From the NCBI GenBank assembly GCA_965113315.1, contig OZ220363.1: a DNA stretch of 64,000 nucleotides. The stretch is one strand, 5' to 3'. Below are positions 37,947-51,122 of this stretch, one piece after another. The stretch's first letter is position 1. Every line of letters begins with the position of its first letter. A program made the position numbers and the translations under genes. The notes beneath the pieces were generated by a model. The model ran no database searches. It was not told the DNA's origin and saw only the letters and a list, made by a program, of their open reading frames with translations. The DNA is from Podarcis vaucheri (lineage: Eukaryota).

Positions 37947-40900
37947 ACACAGTGGAGATATCACTGGTTTTTTTTTTACTTACCACTAGTGACGTAAGAC
38001 TGTTTGGAAATGGAAACTCTTGTCTGCATACCACAGCAGTTACCCTGCCAACAGTACTCAATCTAGTAATGTATGCTTACAACTTTTCCAATGGTGATAA
38101 ATGTATTATTCACTGGGGACGCTGCAAATACCTTCGTGCCCCAAGGGAAGGCAGAAGCCCAGGGCAGGGACTGCATGTTGAATCAACTCCCAGCTGACAT
38201 AGGAGGATTCTGTTTGTCTTGGTTTTATAGAATGTATTTGTTTTAGGGTTTAATTTTAAACTGCCTTAGGTGCCTTGACAGAGAGGAAGCATATAAAACA
38301 AACAAATAGTGATGATAGTGAATCATTATTACCTAACATTTTACTTGATGGTTTTGTGTTTGGATGGGAAACCACATCAGGACCTTCTTTCAAACACTAG
38401 CATGTTTAAGTATATTATAACTTTGTGAAATACTCATTGGGAACCATATTAAAATCATTATCATCTTAGTTGAAACCATAGTTTAAACCATGCATCTACA
38501 ATATGGCAAATGTACCATAGTAATGCCAGCACTAGGTGTGGGCAGGTGAACTATAAAACAGTTGTATGCATAGGGTGTTAACAAATCCTTAATAGAGTCG
38601 TGTCATTGCATTTTCCTTTCTGCAATAGTATGCCAGATTGCATATATATATATTTATATATATATAGAGAGAGTTTTGTAGCAATAAAATTGAACCACAG
38701 GTTTTCTACATTATGAAGTACTGTCCTTGTACATACCATTTTTCCTTCTAGCCCCCAATCCCCACTTCCTCCATGCATGCAAAAAATTGGAATTAAAACT
38801 TGTGAATAGAGAAATGTGCCATATATTTTTTTCCACGTAAATAAAACTTGAAAGTGATTTTAGGTATGACAGCATATATTATAATTTTATACATAGGTAT
38901 TAGAGAATACAAAACACATTCCACTGTAAACTTTAAAGAATATTTAATAAGTTTTTAAAAAATAATGTATAGCTTTCCCCCCTTCCTATGAGGTGCATGA
39001 AAATATACCATTCCTTTTTGTTGCAGCAAGACTATCCAAGAAACCCAAGGAAAGCTACAATGATCAGGAACAGGTAACACTGGAAAGAATTTATATTCAA
39101 AATGGAACCTGAAATGAAATAAAGCTACATACGAGTTGAAAATGTTTTGCAAAATGGAGGGCAACATTTACAAAAGTGTTGGGTGTAGGCTCCAATGAGC
39201 TCAAATCTCTCACATCATCAATAGGACACATGGGCCTCTTTGCACATTACATTTTCAGGTATCCACCTGAGATATTTTAAGTGCACATCTAAAAAATGCA
39301 AAAACAGGGGTTGCTGTAATTTTCTGGGTGAGACTAGGAGTCACATGCATCTTTTTCCTGCCTCCCCACCCCACTCCCCTTTTTTAAAAAAGCAAAGGAG
39401 CCTCAAGAGACTATGAGTTTGAATGGAAGAATAGCTGGGAGGAGGGGGTCTTCCTCAAGCAGCTTTCTTCTGCTTGGTCTTGGCTCTTCAAGGTGCTTTT
39501 CTTTCCATAATAGTAAATCCATAGTTTTGTCTGTGAGACAAAGAGCAGGTGAGGAACAGCAATTTTGGGAGAAACAAAATGACTGAGGAGGAAAGGGTTA
39601 ACAGATCCTTTTCCTCCTCTATCCCACTGTTTCTCTGCTATTCTTTTTAAGGTAGGGGGAAATGCATGCACCATTGTTTGATGTCTAGCCTAGACGTTTT
39701 GCCAGTGTACGCTCAAGATTCAAACCCGGCTCTGCCCCTCTTGTTTTGCAAAATGGCTTTCAAGTGTCTAAGGCTGCTCCTCTGCCCTGTTACTTGGGAG
39801 TAAGCCCCTCCCCCTTCATTTTTGTGCCATAGTTAGAGCACAACCTTGTGAACCAAGGGTGACAGCAGGACTTTTTTCACCTGCAGAATCCTGTCCTGTT
39901 ATATACAGAAAGCTTTAACCGCAACAGGCCTCTGCCCGAGAACCTCTGAGACAACATTGCACTATCTTCCTAATAAGCCTCTTCCTATTTATAAGGTGCA
40001 TATCCATCCATAGCATGTATGGCAAATTCACTTTTGTTGCTGTGGCCAAACAGCAGTACAATTAAAAGAAAAGATGAAATAAGTGTCATAGATCTATTTA
40101 TAGATCAGTAATCGATCATTAATTCTGTGTGGTAGGGTACGCCTTCTCCCCCCCGCCCCCCGGACAGTTAACAAAACTGGGCAGCTATCAATAGTTATTT
40201 TTACAGTATATTTAAAGCACACACTGCATCAGGTATATTCATAGTAGACACAAGACAACACAGTCCTGACAAATGATAGGCGGAAATGTAAACCCACATC
40301 CTAATTTGCATTGACTTTGATAGGATTACAATAAGGCCTTGGGCCATAAACAAGAAATGAAGCACCAAGGACCCAAACCCATATATTTAGGGGCAGGCTG
40401 AACACCTGAACCCTAAATGGCTTTGGTCATGTTGTACATTTAAAAGCCCTGTGCTTATCATGACATAGAAAAACGGCACTGGCTTCTTTCATGCTGCTCT
40501 CTGAATGCGTACCTGGCTAATGAACTAGTTGTGTGGGGCATGTGCACAGGGAAAGTTGTTAAAAAATCTTTTGTGGGTGTTGCTTATTGTGGATTCAGGA
40601 GCAAGGGAGTGGCTTAGTCAAAAGTGAACTCTTTTTCCTCATCTCAAAAAAATGGAGGACTAGAGTGGCTGGCTAATAGAACACAGCAGGTGAGAGATTA
40701 CGGCAAGAGTTGGTTGCAGGATGAGCTTAGCTGCAGATTCCTCCCTTTGATGGCTGGTGTTGGATGAAATCCTTTCCCCTCGAACTGCATTGTTTCTGGT
40801 ATTACATGCAGCCGCTGTTTGCCTTAGCACCAAGGTTGGCAGTGTTGTGTCCAGAAAGCTGCTTCTAAACAGATGATTTCACAACTGGGCTCAACCTTCA

Positions 40901-43900
40901 ACTGGTTAGTTTTAGTTCCTTTGGTTTTAAAGTGAAATACACTGTGTGGGTTTGCATGCTCTGAAACATCTCTCAGCAGCAGCTTGGAAACAAGTCCATT
41001 GGTTGCACACAATATGACAAGGATGTGTGCATTTGTAACGCTGACTTCTCTAGTCATTTCATAAGGCCTAGCAGAGGACCCCTTTAAGCCTTATACCGAA
41101 GGGCATCAGAATCCACTCTGGACAAGATAATGAGTTTTGCTGACAGATCGCTGCTGCTTAAATGTAGCACGGCCCTATGGATATTGCTGTTTGCGTGGTT
41201 TGTTGCTGGTAGAGAAATGGCAATCCCTGCATCTCTGTGATAGATGGCAAGGGTTCCCTGGAAAGAGCAGCAGGGCTGCTCATCTAAATTTCCACACGGC
41301 ACACTGGTACTGCAGCATCCATTCAGCAGAACGGCAGTTTCCAGAGAGAGCACCAAAAATGTAACTTTTTTTTCTCCCCCGGCAATAGTAGTTCCCTCCT
41401 CTTTGGAGGCAATACTACGAAAGGATTAATTTAAGATCTCTTGTGGGAACATCCTGTCCCATTCACCTCTACAGCACAACTTCTGTGCTTTTATCCGCTG
41501 AGCCACCAGGACTGCTGTGTTAATTTTTAATGATGGGGACCTCCATAAATAGATTTCATCTGTCTTTAATCTTTTTGGAACCAATGTTTTATTAATGTAT
41601 TCCATCACTCCATTATTCTGCAAATCCACAAGCTATCAATAAGCATGCTTGTGAATACAACAGCGGTAATGAACCATGACAACAACTAACAGCACGGGAA
41701 CTCCCAAGTTGCAATCTGTTCATATGTAAGAAAAAGGTGGGGAAAGGAAGCAGATGCCAGAGAGAGAGATGCTATTGCTTGAGGACATCATTATTAAAAG
41801 CTTGCACAAGTTACACTAAGGATGAGGGGTAGTGAGAACGATTCGGATGCATGGTGGGAAATTTACTTCCTAGTTTTTATTGTACACTTTGTTTGTTTCC
41901 CATAGCTGCCTGCTTCTCAACTTGCCTCTGGTTCTTTGCTCATATGGCAGGATATACTTTCATCTTTGATGCAAAAGATTATAGACCATGGGCCCTTAAA
42001 CCCACACCTGCAGTTCATGTATAGTTGTGCTATAGCCTAACTGTGATGTCAGCAATGGCTGAAGGTTCTAGACTCTCTCAATATTGCCGTTATGTTTCCA
42101 GATCTTCACAAAATGTCATAGTTCTTGGGTGGGTGCTGAGACTACATGCTTCCCCCCTCCCAAATCTTTTATGGTGTCCAAGACTCTTAGTAGAAGGCAA
42201 CCTTTCTATGTTCCTGAGTCAGACCATTGACCCATCTAGTGCACTACTGTCTATTGATTGGTGGGAGCTCTCCAGAATTCAGATGGGTTTCTGCGAGTCC
42301 TACCTGTGATACATAAACTCTTGACTGTTAACACCCGATGGCATATTTAGCTTTTTATATTTTATTAACTCTACTGAGTGACTCTTTGCAGCCAAAGAGT
42401 TGCTCAAAAGGAAAGATTTAAAGCTATGTATCACTTGAGCTTAACTCATCTGATGAGGTTTTCCAAATTTATAAATAGTGGGAATTAATCTGCATATTCC
42501 TATATACTCCAATCCTGGACTGCATATTAACAGGCAGAATGGCAAGCACAAAGGAGCAGCTGAATCTGAAGGTGGGGAGAATGGGAAGGGCAGGTTAACT
42601 CCCCTCAGCTGTTCAAGAGGGAGAAAATCAGGAAGGGTAACTGTACTCCCTAGCTTGTAAAATGGCCTAGCTTGGTAAATGGCTCCCTAGCTTGTAAAAA
42701 TAGGGTTTACATGCTGGCTTTGTTGTGTGACTAGAGCAGACATAGTACGAACTAACTATTAGGGTTGGAGCAAACTCTGATTTACTAGCACAGTGTTTCT
42801 CTTGATGCTTGCTTACATACTAAAATGCTTGTGTCATGTGTTAATATGTTCTTTTTAATGACCAGCTGAACTGATCACTATCTTTTTTTGCTCACAGATT
42901 ACACACTGCAGTTTGCCAGCATAGAGAGGACCTGACATGCCACACTAGCACCTAGGTCTGCATGTTTGCTGGTAAGAAGGTAAGAGAATATTGTTATGAG
43001 TTTGGGAGGATGGAGAAAGAAAGTAGGCTCTATGCGAGATCCTTCAACCCCCTGGATCCAGGCTAGCGTCCCATGTTGAGGTGCTTGCCTAGGTGATGGA
43101 CCGTTAAGAGGTGTGCAAGATGACAAATAGATGGAGCGCCTCTCTCAGCTCACTGTTAGTTAGAAGGACAAATCCAGAGTTTAGAGTTAAAAGTGGGAGT
43201 GATATGACCTAGAAGTGAAGCAGCAAGCTGCAGAAAGAGGGAGAGCAATGTTTCAATCCAAAGCTGTGGCTATGGGAGAAACATAGACCCTGTTTGGATG
43301 TTAATGCTGTGAGCCCCTCCATCATAGGCTCAGGCTACATATATGTGTTAATAAACCATATAAAGACACCACAGTCTCTGTTGTGCCAGTGCCTGGAATC
43401 TTGCAATGCTCAGAGGTTGGGGGGTGGCGTGCAGCAAAAATCTGGCTCTATAGCCTATACTATAGCAGGCAAAAGGTTATAGGGATGTACAAGAAGCTTG
43501 CAAAAGAAACAGGGAAATGCCTATGTAAAGTTTCACCTCTTTTTTGGCAATTCAAAGCCATTACTAGGGCTACCTATGTTAGCAGGAAAATTATGCAAAC
43601 GTCCTTACTCTTCCTACAGATAATTTGATTTAGTTCTTTTAATAGAGGTACAAGGTCAAAAACCCAACTCAAACAAGTGTATATTAATGGATTGTTCTGA
43701 TGCCTGGTAAGCCTATCCTAGTTGAAGATGAAATTAGTAGGGAGCAAATTAATGAAATGGCATATTAGTGACAAGTCGCTTAAAGCTCTTTGTTGTACTT
43801 CAAGCTTGGAAATGAGAAACACAATGTAAGTTGAAACTGGAATGACATTTAAAAGAAAATCCAGAGGACAGTGACAGAAAGACAACTCCTTGCTTCTTGT

Positions 43901-44588
43901 TGTGTTTTCCAATGGCCAAAATGTCCTTTCCAAGAAATAAACATCTACTATTTCCTTTTGAATGAATGCATGGTCCCATTGAATATAGAACAGGATAGAA
44001 CCCTTCCCTACTTATTTAGGCAGCTGCTAGGCTACTTTTCTTTAAACTGCTCAGAGTGTATGAATCCACATATGTTGTATAAATTTTCACACATCATGTG
44101 TGTACCACTAGTGATTTAGTCTGCAAGACAGGACCCAATTTCTGCTTACAGATCACCTACAATGTAGGCCAGGGTAGATCCTGTCTGAGCTGACTTCAGA
44201 GGCCACAAAACTGAAACCACTTCCTTAAGTAGAAAAGTTTCCTGGAGCCATTTCACTCCACGGTAATATCTGGAGTTCAGGAGCATACTTCTTGGATCCG
44301 CCATACTGGCTGTTGTTAAAGACAAACTCCAGTTAAATGGAACCTCCACATCCTCTGCACTTGCGTTGCTACAACTTGATTCTCTATTTCCACGCAGGAA
44401 AACTATTTGCCAGCAGCCTCCAGGAAAATGAAAGCAGCAGCCTCTTCCCACTTGACAGTCTGTGCAAAAGGGGAACAATTTTTCTTTCTTTCTTGTTACT
44501 TAGTAGTTTCCTTTGTCCAAGCAAGTCTGAGTTCCGATGGTGACAAACTAAGGTGAGTCACAAAATTTCCAGAGAAGATTATACACAG

Positions 44589-44594
44589 TTTATT
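44589..44594 (-). terminator. Candidate proximal TSPAN4 poly(A) signal AATAAA
   Basis: TTTATT on the + strand about 92 nt past the stop. More distal candidates exist at 42361, 41876, 41588 and 37165. Confidence 0.4.
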
Positions 44595-44685
44595 TTACAT
44601 AGAAAAAAAAGTATGAGCATGAAGAAGAGTCCTCTTTTGTCTTGTAGAGAGGTGAGCCATGGCTGACAGACGTTGACTATGATTT

Positions 44686-44754
44686 CTATGCACAGTAGGT
44701 ATCTGCCTTGACAACCTGACAGTACATGGTCATTGCAAATGTCAGTCCAAGAAT
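44686..44754 (-). CDS. TSPAN4: TSPAN4 last coding exon ILGLTFAMTMYCQVVKADTYCA*
   Basis: CCTACAG acceptor; TAG stop at 44688-44686. Matches the recalled TSPAN4 C-terminus. Confidence 0.97.
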   Translation of the reverse strand: MLGLTFAMTMYCQVVKADTYCA

Positions 44755-45724
44755 CTGTAGGTACAAAAGGCATATCAAGATTAAACGACATGCAACTCAA
44801 CAGTGGTCTATTACCTATATTTCAATGTGTATCTTTTACTGTTGACTCTTGGCACATAATATGTTTAACATGGGGAATACTACGTAGTAACTTAAGAAAA
44901 GCTTCCAAGGGCCCTAAAAACAATGCCGGTGCCAAACAAAATGGCATTGCGGAATGTGCTTGGCTTATGGCCACATGAAACACTCCAAAAAGGTAGAGCT
45001 GTTGATTCTTTTAGGAGGCATTCTTGTCCAAGGGTATGGAGACATATGGCGCTAGACTGCAACTGCCATCATTTACGACTACTGGCTAGGATGAATGGGA
45101 GCTAAAGTCCAGCAACATCTGGAGGGTCACAAGTTGCCCCACCTCCTGTCCTAGGGATTCCAGTGTCCAACGGGAAAGAGGTGCTGTTCAATGCACTTGC
45201 TTGTAAACAAATTAATCTAGAATCATGGTGAGCTAAAAGGAGACTGTGGTAACACATAGGCTAACGTAGGGAATGGAATACACAATGACCCAAATTACAC
45301 AGCACCTGCTCACAAATTCTCCCCACTGACATGAATGGGAGCTACAGAGCTCATGCCGGAAAAGCAGCATAAACATCATTCATGTTAATAGAAGATAAGC
45401 AAACTAACTGCATGTAATTTGCAGAATTAAAGGCTGCCCTTAAGAGATGTAAGACATTAGTCCTACTCCCGGAAGGGGAACTGTGTCTCCTGGCAGCATC
45501 CCCAACCAACATTACAGTCCCCGCCAGCCTTGTTAACAAGGAAATTCTCTCTTTCTAGGTTCCTGCGATCTATGGTTAGATGCTGAGTACAGACCCGGGA
45601 GGTGCTGTCCCCTTCCACACATTAGCTTCCATGGGTTCCCCAAGGCGATGGAAGGGGAAACGACTGCAGCAGTCAAGGGAAAATCATCGAAATAAGCCTC
45701 CAAATTTAATGGAGGACAGCAGTT

Positions 45725-45861
45725 NNNNNNNNNNNNNNNNNNNNNNNNNNNNNNNNNNNNNNNNNNNNNNNNNNNNNNNNNNNNNNNNNNNNNNNNNNNN
45801 NNNNNNNNNNNNNNNNNNNNNNNNNNNNNNNNNNNNNNNNNNNNNNNNNNNNNNNNNNNNN
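45725..45861. other. Assembly gap (137 N) in the last TSPAN4 intron
   Basis: Run of N. Confidence 1.
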
Positions 45862-46001
45862 CCTCCTATTATGGGTCTGACAGTCAATATTGGACTAATA
45901 CTTCTGTGAGAGAAAGAAAAGCTGAGGGACATTTAAATCCTTCACTGCCCTTGCATGTAGGAACCAACAGAAAGCACCCCAGCAATAAGTTAAAATTTTA
46001 C

Positions 46002-46085
46002 CTGAACCAAAGCTGTACACAGTCCAAAAATTCCCACAGCTAACAGATTTTCCTGGAGCCATATTTTCACTGTTTCATAACAAGG
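46002..46085 (-). CDS. TSPAN4: TSPAN4 exon PCYETVKIWLQENLLAVGIFGLCTALVQ
   Basis: CT-rich tract plus AAG acceptor; CAG|GTAAAA donor; 84 nt. Translated by hand; encodes the end of the large loop and the start of TM4. Confidence 0.96.
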
Positions 46086-47249
46086 CTTTAAAAGAGAGAG
46101 AGAGGAGAAAAATAAAGACCATGAGAATGCTTATTTACTGAGAAACATGAATTTTTGGTGTGTGGGGAGTCAAAAGACACAAGTAGCAATGACAAGACTG
46201 ACATTTCAAGATTACGCAGTTTCCTCTATTTCAGCATTCACTGGAAGTGCAATACCCCGGGGGTAGGAGGCTCGCTTACAATGAAGTGTGGTGTTAAGGG
46301 TTCAAACATTATACATCTGAAGAAGACATGGATGCATGCTGCGTGCAAGATGCAGTAATAAGGAGCAAGTTCTTTCGAACCCCCGCTTTACCCAATGTGA
46401 GTCAAATACCTACATTTCTAAATTTAACTGTAAACCTTTCTACTTCAAGCACAGGCGCAATGGCCGGTTGTGCAAAAGCAACTATAAGGCAATTACTGCT
46501 CAAACAAAAATATTTCCATTGATACAGCAGCTTGTATTGGCTTCATAGTAACTGTACAGAGATAACATTACATTTGGTGATCCTCTGGCTCTGCTTTTGG
46601 TATATCAAACATGAGTGCTAACAGTTGCATAGTAGGGTCTGTTGAGCCAGCACATAAATAAAATATGTCCTTTCTGTAGCAATGGGTTTGGATCCTTGGA
46701 AAGCCCTGTGACATAAACTGGGGAAGACACTAGCTTAAGATCACCCAGCAAGCTTCTTGGCTGAGCATAGTTTTTTGGCATTGTCCTTCCAAATACAACA
46801 CTCTTATCTATACTTGGGACATGTCAACCACCTGTACTCCTAGTTGGGTGCCATAATACACTGGTCCTGCAGAAATATTTCCTAGAAAATATATTGTGGG
46901 GGGTTTTCCTTTGTAGACTAGCTCACACCCATAATGGAAACTTGCATGTGTTGACTATACCACCAGAACTTGTTCTGCAATGGCCACTTAGATCTTACTC
47001 TAACAACGTGCTCTAGCCTAAGCTCATGCTCTTTCTCTGTTTGTGCTTTAAAGTGGGTTATCTTGTCAGCAAAGACTTTTCTTTGTTGCTCGTCAAATAA
47101 TCATACAAATTCATGGTGAATGTGTCATTGCAGCCTTTTTGACACATGCTAGATCATGAAACAATAGCAACTAAGCCCAAGCCCTTTTTCCTTTTACAAT
47201 TCTAGGTCAGCTTGGTTAAAATAAGAATTAAGTTTTGACAGCTACTCAC

Positions 47250-47381
47250 AGCTTTCCACCAGGTCCCTGGGGAATGAAGACCACAGTTTTCACTGAATTC
47301 CAAGCAGCATGAATCTGGCACCCGTGTGGTATTGTACACTTCAAACCAGTCGGTGAAGTTTGACACTCCACAGCATCTGAA
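47250..47381 (-). CDS. TSPAN4: TSPAN4 exon FRCCGVSNFTDWFEVYNTTRVPDSCCLEFSENCGLHSPGTWWKA
   Basis: TTTTTTCAG acceptor and GCT|GTGAGT donor; 132 nt. Contains the tetraspanin CCG and PxSCC motifs and two N-glycosylation sequons (NFT, NTT). Confidence 0.97.
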
Positions 47382-49884
47382 CTGAAAAAAAAGAAAGAGG
47401 GGAAAGCCCATTGGACAAGGAGGACACGCAAAGGCTTAGAAGCCACAAGGACACTGGCAAATCAGATGGGGAACCAATGGACTTCAATAGGTATCCCGTT
47501 GTCATAGAATATTCAGTGCAATTCTCTTGCAGCACTTTCTTAATTGCTTAGTATTTATTTTTTTTTGTAATTCACCTTAGAATTGCAAGGTCTCCCAAAG
47601 GCCCCCTAGCATTTAGACACCTAGTCTATGGCAGTTAAGCTAGTGGCAGCGAGAAGTGTCCCCATGTCTTCCCAGGTCCACTGTGACATCAGAGCATGTC
47701 ACTCACTCACTGAGCTTATCACAGGGGTCAGGTGGGTGACAGAACCATTTACATCCAGAAATGCACCTCCTCATCAGATAGTTGGTGGGTTCAACCACTG
47801 CAAAAAAAGGGGCAAGAAAAAGAAGCCTGCCTACATCAGGAGTTGTATAAGTAGCACTGCCAGAATCCTAATAGTTCTGAATTGCCCTTTTCACTGGCCT
47901 TGGAGATTCAGGGGAGGAAACATTCCCACCAGAGGTGGAGAATCCAGTCCACACTGCACAGAACCACTAAGTTAACACTATGTTAGGTATAAATGAAAGC
48001 CCAAGAAAGCGTTATTGGTTGAGATCTGTACATTTCATAAGAAAAATGAGGACTAACATTTATGTCAATGTGATAGTTTTTCTGCTGGGTTTCCTCTACC
48101 ACCACTATTTCTTTTCTTAATTTATTCTGCTTGGTAATTTAATAATAAAAACCCATGACTCAGCAAATGGATTGTCATCAAACGCTGGATTGCCAGCACA
48201 CCAAAGCTCAATGATATTATTTTTCAAGTATGCTATTATCACTAGAAAAAAGTAAAGAACAGCAAATGAAATGGTTACAGCAATGAAACCATTTTTGTAA
48301 AGATGAGTGGCTTCAGAGTTGCATATACTCTGCCTTGAAATTGTCTTTGACAGTTAGTAATAGAGATATTCATGATCTGGGAGCTGAGATTGCAGCCAGC
48401 AAACTTTTCTCCAAGTAGCAGAGTACTAAACTTTGATTTGTATCTCTCCCATCGTACCTTCCCAGCATGTGGATGAGCATTTTAGTGCCTCATGAAGGTG
48501 AGTGATTTACAGTTCTGGCTAAGCAGGCAAAATGTTCGCTGGAGGAGTTCAAGCTTCTCTCACACACTCCAGTCTGCAAACCTGAAATACAGCCTACAGC
48601 ACTGTGCAGCCTGGGCATGTGAATTGATTCGCCATTCTGAGATATTCCTGCTGCGGCTTCAAAATAGTCTTCATCTAACTTGCTGCATCCACGAAACCTG
48701 CAGGCTCACTGGCAGGACGTGGTGAGAGGCCTTAGAGGCTCATGGAGGAGTGAACCCCACTTCACTCACAACCACAACACGGTGTGAGAAAGGGAAGTGA
48801 TTTTCTCATTTTGGGGGGAAATAACTGTAGCTTATTCTGAAAGCATTGGAGGTCAGTGGCAGGCAAGGAACACTCATCACTACTTGGGATGTGACAATTT
48901 TGAACTAAGAAAAGCTTGGTTGGATACTTGAATTTCAAAGTATCCCAGTACCATCTTGTGGAACAATAAAAGGAAAGGTGTGGTATACCAACTGTGATCA
49001 AAATTATTCGTAACTCTGTTGTCCACACAGGAAAAAAGAAGGGTGGTGGTGGTGCTAAGCAGATTCATGATAGTCTCTCATCCCTTGTGATTGGGAGATT
49101 TGCTGCTGTGCCTTCTTGCCTCTCAAATCCCTCCGGATAAAATCTTCTAAGGTGGATGTTTATTTACTACTTTGTAAAGGATCAAGTCTATGGCACTAAC
49201 AGAGAAATCCAATATAATTTACAGTATTTCAAAACTGGGCTCTTGTTTTTGTTTTCAGAATTAGTTTCTTGAGTAATTGAATGTCTTATTACAGCCACCA
49301 TATATTTTAAAGGGGTTCCTTATTCTGGCCCCCCATGGGCTATGTTGAATAGGTTATTGATTTTTTTGCACTACCTTTCTTGAAATTGGATTAATATATA
49401 CTCCCTGCAATAACTCCTTTAGTTCCTTGCTCTTCCAGAGTTCCTAAAATTAATAGCATTTCCCATTTGTGCAAAGCAATATGTCACAGCAATATAGGAT
49501 TGGGAATGCACATCCATGAAAATGTATAAGAGGAATCTTGGCAGACAATGTAGCTACTCAAGATAGAAAGAGAACAAGCCACTGGGATTATGACAAACCT
49601 CTCCTATTGTGTTGAGTACAAAAGGAATATTTAAACACAAGGATTCCCAGTGATTAATTGCAATAAATCTGGAGCAATTACTCACATCAAGGGAAGCCAC
49701 AGAGCACATCAGACAGCCTAAAAACTGCAGTGCATATTGAAATACTATTTTAGTATTTTTATTATGGATTAACACATTCAGATTATTTTATTTTATGTAT
49801 TGGGTTTTAGAATCATAGAACTGTAGAAGTGGAAGGGACCTCAAGTGCCATCTAGTCCAACTTCCTGCAATGCAGGCATCCCAG

Positions 49885-50100
49885 CACAGTTCCGGAGCCT
49901 TGTTCGCATCCCGAATGGAACGCAAGACATGCGCAGGTCATATTTTGCCACTTGCGCGGATGCGCGTGACGTCATTTTGAGTGTCTGCGCATGCGCGAGC
50001 GGTGAAACCCGGAAGTAACGCGCTACGTTACTTCCGGGTTGCCGCGAAGCGCAACTCAAATGCGCTCAACCTGAAGCGTATTCAACTCGAGGTATGACTA
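49885..50100 (-). mobile_element. Tc1/mariner MITE, CpG-rich copy, nested in a CR1-tail element (about 49808-50130)
   Basis: Reverse complement aligns with 12409-12580. The left flank AGAATCATAGAACTGTAGAAGTGGAAGGGACC...CATCTAGTCCAAC is a CR1-type tail that resumes after the MITE. Confidence 0.85.
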
Positions 50101-51122
50101 TAATAACTAACAGATGGCCATCCAACAGCATTTGGTATCCACAATGCTGTCACTGTCATGCCTGTCCCAGTACGTTTTGCGTTTACTGTGTTTTATATGG
50201 TTTGCTGTGTTTATGATTATTTTTATTACTGTGAACAACCTTGAAAGATGGTATAGAAACAGTATGAATAAATATTTTTGAGCATAAGAGATGACACTGT
50301 GGAGGGCTGATGCTGGGACCAGAGCCAGGTTTGAGCTAGTAATAAACTGATACCAAACTCCAGAGAGGTTTGGTCTTGGCTCACAATTTGCCTAAGATGG
50401 AGTTCATATCTTGAACTCCCCAAGTCCACATCACCAACATTGATGGGACTCATTTCTACATTTAAAAGGTCTGGGAGTAGTGGTGCATCATCACGGTATA
50501 CAATATATATTAAACAAATACAGAGATAAGGGAAATGTTCTCTTTCTTTGCTCCCTGACATATGGAAAGGTGCCTCAGGCAAAGAAGAGAAAAATGGAGA
50601 AATCAAAAGGTTCTACCATATAAACTGCCAGAGAGACCAGATGAGCTCATTTCCCATTGTATCCACTACTGTTCCAAAATTATAATGGAAATGTGACATC
50701 TTCTGTGCATTAAAATCACTCGTGAGATGGAGTGGCTTGGTTCTACCCCCTTTAATGAATTTTCACTGCCTGCCCATGCTACTAAAAATAGGCGCTTTTA
50801 GACAATTTGCCCATGTCTTTATGCATGTCTGCATGAAGAAGAGCAGATGAAAATAAGTCCAAAGCTGCTAACGAATCCACTGCAGGTAAATTTTGATGCA
50901 GATGTGGTAGGACTATTAGGCTACATGTCCTGGTTCATAGGTAAGTACCTGTGTACCAGGGTCATGATGCCTAATAAGTGCCACATATTTATAGGGCTGA
51001 AGCAGTCCCAAGAACACTTTTAGAAACCAATATGAAATCCCATTATGCTGGAAATTCAAAGCCAAAAGGATATATTGTGTGCAGATGGATAAAAGACAAA
51101 AAGAACAACAACGCAAGCTTAC

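Noticed and set aside
39992-40013. TAAGGTGCAT resembling the 5' end of mature miR-18
   Set aside because: Only about 10 nt match and no precursor hairpin is evident.
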